DNA of 20,000 nucleotides from Thelocarpon superellum (lineage: Eukaryota): positions 45,782 through 65,781 of the forward strand of contig JAPEUG010000051.1 in assembly GCA_026025795.1 (NCBI GenBank), in the 5' to 3' direction. Of the stretch, positions 12,041 through 20,000 are shown one piece after another (position 1 is the first letter of the stretch; every line of letters starts with the position of its first letter). The notes below the pieces were generated by a model. The model ran no database searches, was not told the origin of the DNA, and saw nothing but the letters and a program-made list of their open reading frames with translations. The position numbers were made by a program, and so were the translations under genes.

Positions 12041-12046
12041 TTTTTT
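12041..12046 (+). terminator. RNA polymerase III terminator (T6) of the tRNA-Pro gene
   Basis: TTTTTT begins 18 nt after the discriminator base. Confidence 0.7.
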
Positions 12047-12333
12047 GCCCCTCTCTCGAATGAAATTTGGTTAATCTGCGGGGAGAGGGCGATCGGGAAG
12101 GTATCCGATCGGTCAAGTGACCCGCCACGATTGGCCACCATTGCTCAGCGGTCATTCTTAGGGGCCATGCTCGCCCTGGATCTCCCCACCAGCTAGCGGT
12201 AACTCCCGTCCAGCATTACGATACATGCTTCTGAAAGGCCTTGCCCTCACACCCCGACACCTCGGACGTGCCCACCGAGACAAGTATATGGGCTGCTTGA
12301 AGATGTAGCACCATCACATTCATCGAGTGGAAG

Positions 12334-14433
12334 ATGGTTCTCCAAGACTTCTTTCTCCCCAAGACGAGCGCTTCAAGTCGAAAAGCACGCCGCGGCTTGT
12401 CGTGGAGCTCCTCGTCCTTGACGCGCTCCTTTCCGGCCCGCGCCCCAGCCCAAGATGCCAGGTACATTTGGGACGAGGCGATGCTGGAGGAGGAAAAGTC
12501 GCCAGAGGAGGCGGATCTGAAAACGCTCAACGGCTCTCTCGCTCTGCTGGCCTCGATCTTCCCGGACGTGCAGCCCGAGGTCTTCCGAGAGATGCTCTCC
12601 AGCTACGGCGAGGAGAGCAGGCTGCATGTTGTCACGGAGGCGCTCCTCAAACACAAGGCCAAGTGGGTGCGAGGTCAGTGGCGAGTACCCGGGAAAGACG
12701 GTCCTGCGGGACCGACGAGATCAGCGGCGGCGTCAGCAAATGCTGGCGGGGCAATGAGCCTCGCGGTCGAGGAGCGCTTTCGCAGTGAACCCTACAAAAG
12801 AGCGGTACGCGGGGCTCTCTACCAGGAATTCCGAGATCTATCACACTCCGCCATCAACGCCGTGCTTGCCGAGCACAACTACTCCTATACCTTGAGCCGG
12901 CCGACGCTCGTCGCCCTCTCCTCCAAGTCATGGCGCTCCTCGCTCTCCTCCTTCTTCACGCGACGCAAACCATCCGTGTCCATGTCTACGGCGGTCAACC
13001 CGCTGCTCGTGTGGCGCCTGGTCGAGGGCGGGACGGACGAGTCGATCCCGATGCTACGGAGCACGGGCTCCGCCGAGCTGGACCGAGAACTGTTTGAGTC
13101 CTTGATTCGCCCCCTACAGCAGACCACCAAGGAGGCCAAGGAAGACCGAGACCACGAGATGGCGCTGCAGGCAAACGAGGCCGAGGCCGAGGCGGTCAAC
13201 GCCATGTACGAATGCGGATGCTGCTTCTCATCGACGACATTTGAACAGATGGTGGCCTGCGACCGAGGGGGGCACTGCGTTTGCTTCAGCTGTGTACGCC
13301 ACGTGGTCCAGGAAGCGCTCTTCGGGCAGGGCTGGGCAAAGAACGTGGATGGGGGTGGCAAACTCCGGTGCATTACACCCATGCCGGACGATCGACTGGA
13401 CTGCGAGGGCCGCATCCCCTCCGACTTGCTTCATCGAGCTCTAGTGGAAGAACGCGGAGGGGAAGAGGTGTGGCAGAAGCTGGAGGAACGAGTCGCCAGC
13501 GACGCATTACAAAAGAGCCAAGTCCCGCTGGTACGATGTCCGTTCTGCCCCTACGCCGAGGTGGACGACGTCCAGATCCACGCGTCGAGCGACACGTGGC
13601 GCATCAAACGAGCGGGCATGTGCTCGCTCACGACCATTCTCCTAGTCATGGTGTCGGGGGCCTTTTCCTTCTTCCTCTCCTTCTTCCTCCTCATCACCAT
13701 CCTCACGCTTCTACACCCCTCGACTCCCTCCCTCCCCGCCCAACTTTCCACGCAGCTCTCCGCCTCACTCACGCGCCTGGCCCGACGCCGACGCGGGCTG
13801 AAATTCACATGCCAATCGCCCATGTGCGCCCGGTCCTCGTGCATGTCATGCGAGAAGGAATGGCGCGACATCCACATCTGCTACGAGTCGGAACGGCTCG
13901 CGTTGCGCGCACACGTGGAACGGGCCATGTCATCAGCGGTCAAGCGGACGTGTCCAAGATGCAATCTCTCCTTCGTCAAGGCATCGGGATGCAACAAACT
14001 GACGTGCGTGTGCGGGTACCACATGTGCTACGTTTGCCGCAAGGAGATTGGAAACGAGGGCTACCGGCACTTCTGCGAGCACTTCCGGCCCAAGGGCGCC
14101 GGGGCCTGCGAAGTCTGCGACAAGTGCGACCTGTACCGCGCCGAGGACGAGGCGCGCGCGGTGCGCCAGGCGGCGGAGGACGCGGAACGCGAATGGCGCA
14201 GCAACGAGACCGGTGCAGGCGGCCGCGCGCTCGAAGATTGGCGGTGGGAACGGCGGGATGACTTTGCCGGCACGAGTGGCGGCTTGAGCGGCATCGGCAG
14301 TGGTAGTGGCGGTGGGGCAGGTGCAACGTGGCTCCGGCCGAGTACATGGCAGGGCTGGACGCATCTTCAGAAGAAAAGCGCAGCACAAGATGCGTTTGAC
14401 TGGCTGGTGGAGAATCTGGTGGAGCTCCCATGA
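12334..14433 (+). CDS. RBR (RING1-IBR-RING2) E3 ubiquitin ligase, RNF216/TRIAD3-like, with N-terminal CUE-like motif and a TM segment; intronless, 699 aa
   Basis: RING1 ECGCCFS...CDRGGHCVCFSC...LRC. IBR CPFC...FTCQSPMCARSSCMSC...HIC. RING2 CPRCNLSFVKASGCNKLTCVCGYHMCYVC with the catalytic Cys in GCNK. Tail YRHFCEHF...CEVCDKCDLY. N-terminal LLASIFPD CUE-like motif. Confidence 0.85.
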   Translation: MVLQDFFLPKTSASSRKARRGLSWSSSSLTRSFPARAPAQDARYIWDEAMLEEEKSPEEADLKTLNGSLALLASIFPDVQPEVFREMLSSYGEESRLHVVTEALLKHKAKWVRGQWRVPGKDGPAGPTRSAAASANAGGAMSLAVEERFRSEPYKRAVRGALYQEFRDLSHSAINAVLAEHNYSYTLSRPTLVALSSKSWRSSLSSFFTRRKPSVSMSTAVNPLLVWRLVEGGTDESIPMLRSTGSAELDRELFESLIRPLQQTTKEAKEDRDHEMALQANEAEAEAVNAMYECGCCFSSTTFEQMVACDRGGHCVCFSCVRHVVQEALFGQGWAKNVDGGGKLRCITPMPDDRLDCEGRIPSDLLHRALVEERGGEEVWQKLEERVASDALQKSQVPLVRCPFCPYAEVDDVQIHASSDTWRIKRAGMCSLTTILLVMVSGAFSFFLSFFLLITILTLLHPSTPSLPAQLSTQLSASLTRLARRRRGLKFTCQSPMCARSSCMSCEKEWRDIHICYESERLALRAHVERAMSSAVKRTCPRCNLSFVKASGCNKLTCVCGYHMCYVCRKEIGNEGYRHFCEHFRPKGAGACEVCDKCDLYRAEDEARAVRQAAEDAEREWRSNETGAGGRALEDWRWERRDDFAGTSGGLSGIGSGSGGGAGATWLRPSTWQGWTHLQKKSAAQDAFDWLVENLVELP

Positions 14434-14465
14434 GGATGAAGTATTTACTTAATCGTATGCCTATA

Positions 14466-14506
<41 letters not shown>

Positions 14507-14534
14507 CAACCATCATCACAACCATCATCATCAC
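14466..14534. repeat. (CAT)n microsatellite between convergent genes
   Basis: (CAT)13, then CAC AAC (CAT)2 CAC AAC (CAT)3 CAC. Confidence 0.95.
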
Positions 14535-14550
14535 TGTACTTCCGTACGCA

Positions 14551-15951
14551 CTAGGTCAGATTGCGGCGCAACACCGCGTTCCCCCCCTTCTTCATGGACA
14601 CCAGCACGCCCTCGACAGCGGCGCGTTTCCGCGCGACGGCCTCCTCACGGATCCGTATCTCCTCTTCAAAGTCTCGTGCCACATTCCGCCGGCGCTCGCG
14701 CGCCGCCGTGCGCCGCGCCACGTGGTCCGCGAAGCGCGCGACGAACCAGTCGCCGCATTCCTCCCACGTCTGTGTGCTTAGCGCGTTGCAGAACCCGCGC
14801 TGCTCCGTCTCTGCTTGCGTCGCCATGTGCGATAGCTGCTCGGAAAGCGGTAGGGCTGCCTGTGCGCTGGATAGGGCGTATGTGGGCCCCGTGGCCGAGG
14901 GATCCTCGTCGAATGTCTCCGCTGCGAGCGTTGCGTAGGTCATTCGTGACAGTGTCGCAGGGCTGTAGTCTAACTTGGTCTCGGGCTCCATTTGGTGCCG
15001 TGCGGGCCCGCCGTGGCCTCCTGCCTTTCCTGAGGCGGGCGAGCCGGAGGCATCGTCGTCGAGGTCGTCCTCTGCGAGATCGCTGGCGTCAAATACGTTG
15101 TGGTCGTCGCTTTGGGGAGCTTGCGTCCCTTGGTGGTGTACGCGTGATGGATCCAGGGCCTTCTTGACGACGCTGGTGCGATGTCGGTGGCTCTTCTCCC
15201 CTTTGTGGCCTCGGAGCTCGAGGAGCTGGTCCGGTGGATCTTGATTCTCCGTCTGCGCCTCTGCGCGGACATTCGATCGTCCGCGACCGCTGAGAGGGGG
15301 GTCTGCACGACGTCGCTCGTTCACCTTGTCCGTCTCTCGCCGTGCCTCGGCCATCTGCTCTTTCGTAAACGTCATCGTCGGGTCCTCTTCCACCGGCATA
15401 TCTTCCTCGTCTTCACTCTCGCTTTGCTCGAGGGCGCTGGCTTCCTCGATCGCTTCTACGGGCGAAGCAGCCGGGGAGAGAATTCTGGGGGGCGCCATCG
15501 GCCGGAGATTTTCCGCCACGATCCGGGAGGGACGGTGCATGGCCAGTCTCACTCCCGGCCCAGGTGGCCTCGAGAGCTGTCTCGGCACGTCTTGAATCCC
15601 TGCAGACATGGTGGCCTCACTTCCGATTGTCGACTCGTCGATCTGGTCCACGTCGGTGTCGTAGACGTCTCCGCCTGGGCCGGGTCCGTTGTTCGCCCAC
15701 TGCCTTTGCACCATGGGCTGGTCCTCTCGCGTCCTCACTGTGGATGTTGATCCGTGCCGCACTGGTGCGGCCCATGCGCGTGGGGCCGTGGCGGGCTCGT
15801 GTGACTGTGGCGTCTTTCTCAGCAGCGGGTACGCCTGGCTTGCTTGCTCCACGACACCAGCAGCTGCAGGCTCGTCGTGTGTTGGCGCGCCGCCCGATGA
15901 GATGCTGTGGTATCCATGCCCTCGGACAAAGTCTTGCATCTTCCACGGCAT
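14551..15951 (-). CDS. ECM11 C-terminal-domain protein (466 aa; may instead start at MQDFV, 15939)
   Basis: Disordered N-terminal region followed by the ECM11-like pattern LDYSPATLSRMTYATLAAETFDEDP...EQRGFCNALSTQTWEECGDWFVARF...RRRNVARDFEEEIRIREEAV...MKKGG. Confidence 0.75.
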   Translation of the reverse strand: MPWKMQDFVRGHGYHSISSGGAPTHDEPAAAGVVEQASQAYPLLRKTPQSHEPATAPRAWAAPVRHGSTSTVRTREDQPMVQRQWANNGPGPGGDVYDTDVDQIDESTIGSEATMSAGIQDVPRQLSRPPGPGVRLAMHRPSRIVAENLRPMAPPRILSPAASPVEAIEEASALEQSESEDEEDMPVEEDPTMTFTKEQMAEARRETDKVNERRRADPPLSGRGRSNVRAEAQTENQDPPDQLLELRGHKGEKSHRHRTSVVKKALDPSRVHHQGTQAPQSDDHNVFDASDLAEDDLDDDASGSPASGKAGGHGGPARHQMEPETKLDYSPATLSRMTYATLAAETFDEDPSATGPTYALSSAQAALPLSEQLSHMATQAETEQRGFCNALSTQTWEECGDWFVARFADHVARRTAARERRRNVARDFEEEIRIREEAVARKRAAVEGVLVSMKKGGNAVLRRNLT

Positions 15952-16649
15952 GCCGAAGCTGGCTTGGTGTAATCCGGCGTTTCATCGATCGCACAGGTTC
16001 AGCGGAAGCGTGCACCGTGCCATGCGGTATTCTCGTGCCTATGGAGCATGGCGAGTAGTGCCGTGTCGTGGCACAACGTGGATCAAACGAAAAGCTTCAT
16101 TGTCCTTGGAAAGATTGTCGTTGAGTGGGGAAAAGTAAACTTGGGGAGTTGGAGCTGTCACTATCCACGGGTCTTTGCATCTCTGTGTGTGAAAGAAGAA
16201 TATGATTGAACATGGCAGCTATCAACACAACGAAACAATACCAGCCGCAGGCGAAGTGTTCTGACTTTCTGACTCGCGATGAGCGATCGTATCGACGGGG
16301 ATGAGGGTCCGATACGCGCATCATTCTCCTACTTAAGCACTCCGTGTGCGTCTGTACTAGACTCTGTTTCTACAGCTTTTCATCTCAAGTGCGTGAATAA
16401 AACCTCGGGTCTCGAGCCAAAGTTATTAGTCCATGGAGATATATCGGCCCAAGCTACTTTCCTGCGGCTGGACAGCGACCAAATCCGTAGGAAGTCACAA
16501 GGAAACAAAGGTCCGTGACTACATCCCCAAGCATTCAAAATTCGCACTCAGTCCTTTTCCACTCCATAGCACAAGATCAGATGCCGTGACAAGTATAAAG
16601 TGTAACAGAACGCTCGCTTGCCAACATGAAAAACCGAGACGAAGCCATG

Positions 16650-18326
16650 CTAGAGCCAACGAAAGCCTTGCTCCTCTTCGCCGACCGGATTCGCTCCCAC
16701 AGGCAGCCGCTCATTGTGCGGACCCGGGTTGACTCCCAAAGGATACTGGCGGGCCGACCAATTATCTGGCGAGCTGTAGCTGGGTGGACTGGACAACGGG
16801 TCGCCATAGTCCCGCTTCGGAGCTTGCCCTGGCTCCGCGTGTTCCGACTCGGGAGCCCAGACGGGCAGGCCGTCTGGGGGCTGTGCTTCTCCGGAGGGCA
16901 CACCACGCCCGTACTCTGCCAAGGTTCCATTGATGCCGGTGAGAGACCAGGCGAAGACAGCCACTTCACGGATGGACGTCATGAATTCCTCCATGGGCGG
17001 ACCATTGGTGGCCTGGCCAGCGTAGACTGGGTGGGCGAGCACGGCAGAAGAGCTTGGGAAGAGGCTCCCTTGCAAGGCATGCATCTCATGGGCCGGAGGC
17101 ATGATCGGCGGGGCCGCCCATGGGGAGGCAAAGACGCCGTTGGTATACACTTGAGGTTGCGGTGAGGTCATGACTGTCGAGACGATCGGTCGCGCCCGGC
17201 GGAGCACCACCACCATGCCATCCGAGGTGCATGAAACAACCGCCTCAACCTCGATGGCGTCATCGTCTATGCTGGGAGGTGTACGTCGTTGTCCTTCGTC
17301 CGACACGGACATGGACGAGCTTGATGAGGCCGCGCCCCGCATCTCGCCGAAGACGTTGATGTCGGATCCAGCGCCGAGGTCCGTCCCCGAGGACGACCGA
17401 GAGTCGAGACTGGATGACCCTGTCGGCTCAGCCCGCATAAAGACGTCGGCGTCTGGACGACCGTTGAGGTGCACCCCGCCGTCATCATCCTCGTCGCTGC
17501 TGGGTCCGTCCGTCATGGGGTGGTCTGCATGGCCACGACGTGGATCGCGGAACCAGAAGCGGAGATAGGCAATCGAATCGTTCGCTTTGGCTCCCTCAAG
17601 ACATCGGATGGCGCTGGGAAGGCAATTCTCTTGGATACACTCGTAGAAGCTCTTGCCCTTGGCCTCTTCCGCCGTCACCCCCAGCACCGTCGAGAGCGCC
17701 GTGGTGGCGTACATGATGGCCAAGGTGCGCGTGAAGCGATTGAGGAAGAGCGCGGCCCGTGGCTCGTGTTTGCGGATATTGGGTGCCTCGATAAACTTGG
17801 TCGACAGGTGTGACAGCATGTGGTACCGCGGGTCGCGCGGCGAGGACGAGAATAGCCGTCGAATGATCGGCGCTTCTACCGCGCGCTCTGTGGATCGATG
17901 TTAGGCGCATGGCACGCGAGAGACAAGGCGCTGCGGCGTGCTTACTCTGGCTCTTCATGCCTCGGCGATAGATGCTGGTGCTCGCCACCAAGACATCGTA
18001 GACCACGGTAAAGACACATTCGCAGCCGACCCAGTGGCCGTACTTGCTGCGAATCCGGCAGTAGTTCAACACCGCCGCCTTATCCATCTGCACCCCGCGA
18101 CCGTGCACCGAGCGCGCGAAGGGAATCTCATCGGGATGGAAGTAGTCGAAGCAGGACCGCCCGATGACTTCCTGCGGCCCGTATCCCAGGATATCGATGA
18201 TCGAGTCCGATGTATAAAGTAATCGAGCATCGCCCGAGAGGTCTTGACCAGCGTCAGCTCACAGACCGGGCAGTGATGGCCCATGGAATGGGACGTACCG
18301 TGAATGGAGATGAAGGTGGTCTCCAT
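16650..18326 (-). CDS. Fungal PAS-domain protein; 3 exons: 18326-18299, 18242-17946, 17887-16650 (520 aa)
   Basis: Spliced N-terminus METTFISIHDLSGDARLLYTSDSIIDILGYGPQEVIGRSCFDYFHPDE (PAS fold). A second PAS-like segment AIMYATTALSTVLGV...GKSFYECI...IAYLRFWFRDP...EVEAVVSCTSDGMVVVLR. Introns 18298-18243 and 17945-17888 are GT-AG with GCTGAC/CCTAAC branch sites. Confidence 0.85.
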
Positions 18327-19320
18327 GGTGAAGACAGCCGGAAAAGGAGGCTCTTATCCTAGGCTGCGCACTTACTGGAAGGGCAGTACGATAGCCGTAC
18401 CCCGCGATGAAGACGGATGCGGGCGATAAGACAGCTGTAGGACAATTGCTTCCACCAGTTGAGCGCAGCCTTTAGTTGCGGCCGTCAAGGAGGGGTGAGA
18501 AGCGGCGGGCGGGGTGGGGCGAAGAAAGAGGTCGACGGCTGCTGAGGGACGGCCAAATCCTCCGACTGCAGGCAAGCATTTATATCTTCAACCGAGAGCA
18601 GCTGACAGTGGTCAAAGGTTAGCCATGAGTCCCATCACGACGCGGATTGACTCTGCGCACCGCGCAGCGATGAGGCTTGAGAGATACAACCCCAACGGAG
18701 AGGAGTCAGCCTTCCCGCATCCGCGCATCACTAAGCCATGGGCTATGTGCGGCGCCGAGGCGTTGTGGGAGGAAAAGAGGCCGGGGTCCAGACTTACCCC
18801 AGGGCCCAGACTTTCCTCCACCACCTCTGCGGTTACAGCCCAATCCACGCCCCTGATATCGGTCGAGGTGCCGAGCGTGGAGTGCCGCCGCGTGATTATT
18901 TGTGCGACACAGAGACCGGTCCGAGCCAGTCACCGGCGCCTCGTTTTGAACGCGCCAGGCAAGAAGGAGCTCGTTGGCTGGCGGCGGAGTTTGGCGGAAG
19001 AGAGGGAAGGATGGAGGGGATCGATCGAGAAGAAGACCACAGGAGCTGCGCGCAGACCGGGATGGGGAGGCGAATGTACTCGCCGTAACCTTGTCCAAGC
19101 CGAGCCTGTCCAAGCCGACCATGCACTCTCGGAATCTGGGTTTCGCTCACAGCGCCAGGGCAAACAGTGGGCGAGGTCGAGCCATGCACGAGAGGGAAGA
19201 CGGCCGTTGGTGCAACATCGATTGAGGAGAGGCCGCACGATGAACAACGGGATGCTCCTCACGCGCTCCGTCGGTACCTGTACTTCTCGGATGCTGGATG
19301 CTGGATGCGCCGGAGGACAA

Positions 19321-19365
19321 AGAGCCGTGAGAGCCGTGAGAGCCGTGAGAACCGTGAGAGCCGTG
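19321..19365. repeat. 9-bp tandem repeat (AGAGCCGTG)x5 upstream of the PAS gene
   Basis: AGAGCCGTG x3, AGAACCGTG, AGAGCCGTG. Confidence 0.85.
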
Positions 19366-20000
19366 AGACTAGGCGGAGCCGTGGGGATGGCAAAAGCAGC
19401 AGCGGCAGCAGCAGTGAACTCAGAGTCACGGAGAGAGCCGCTACAAGAAAGTGGCGCGGATGGGAGACGGTCGAGGCTCACAGTGACGGTGATGGCGGGA
19501 GGGATATGAATGGACGACTAGTACAGGTGCTGGCAGACCCCACAACGCCTCGACCGCGTCGAGTACGCGGACTAGGCGAGCAGATACCGAAGCGGAGCAG
19601 ACCGATGGCCTGTTGCACGGAGTTTCAATGGCGGCGAGTGGAATCTGTGCACCCACCGATGAGCCAGGGCATGGAGGGTTATCCACGATGGCGTGCAGGG
19701 CGGCGATGCGAGTGGCCCAGCAGAAAATGTGGCCAGGGTCGATGCAGTGCCAAGTGTGGATGGGCGTAGCCATGGAGCAACATGGAGGCGTTGCTGCACA
19801 TGGGCATGAAAGTGCAGATCGGCCGACCATTTCTCGATGTCCGCCACCGGGCCGCGTGGAGGGGCGCACAGAGAGTGCGCTTGAGAGGCTGCGGGCTCCC
19901 CCAGCAGGCCACCTTTTTCCACCGCCCCTGCCCCGGCCGAGCAATGCCGAACCGTACGAAGTACGGTGGGGACCAAGTCACTTCGTACCTTGCCTACTTG

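Noticed and set aside
14430..15167. Poly-His ORF of 245 aa
   Set aside because: It is the translation of the CAT microsatellite plus the antisense strand of the ECM11-like gene.
18370..18375. Minus-strand GTAAGT as the donor of an alternative coding first exon for the PAS gene
   Set aside because: In the frame needed to join exon 2 there is no ATG before an upstream stop.
18514..19981. Several 130-330 aa ORFs upstream of the PAS gene
   Set aside because: Low-complexity Arg/Ala/Ser-rich translations on both strands, with no domains or coherent exon structure.

Overview
GC-rich, gene-dense eukaryotic DNA from a filamentous ascomycete (Pezizomycotina-like gene models; GT-AG introns mostly 46-65 nt with CTRAC-type branch sites). 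I can build eight protein-coding genes: Ypk1/Gad8 AGC kinase (+), glucose-6-phosphate isomerase (+), an FG-repeat/RanBD Yrb2/Nup56-like protein (-), a Yip1-domain Yip4/YIPF6-like protein (-), a 90-aa single-TM small protein (+), an RNF216-like RBR E3 ligase (+), an ECM11-domain protein (-) and a PAS-domain protein (-). The standout is a tRNA-Pro(CGG) gene at 11838-12023 that is split into three pieces. It has an ordinary 64-nt tRNA intron at position 37/38. It also has a 50-nt insertion in the T-loop (59/60) with the features of a U2 spliceosomal intron (GTAAAT...TTAAC...TTAG). Removing both rebuilds a perfect 72-nt cloverleaf. The gene also has an upstream TATA element and a T6 terminator. 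Family assignments come from motif recognition only; no searches were run.
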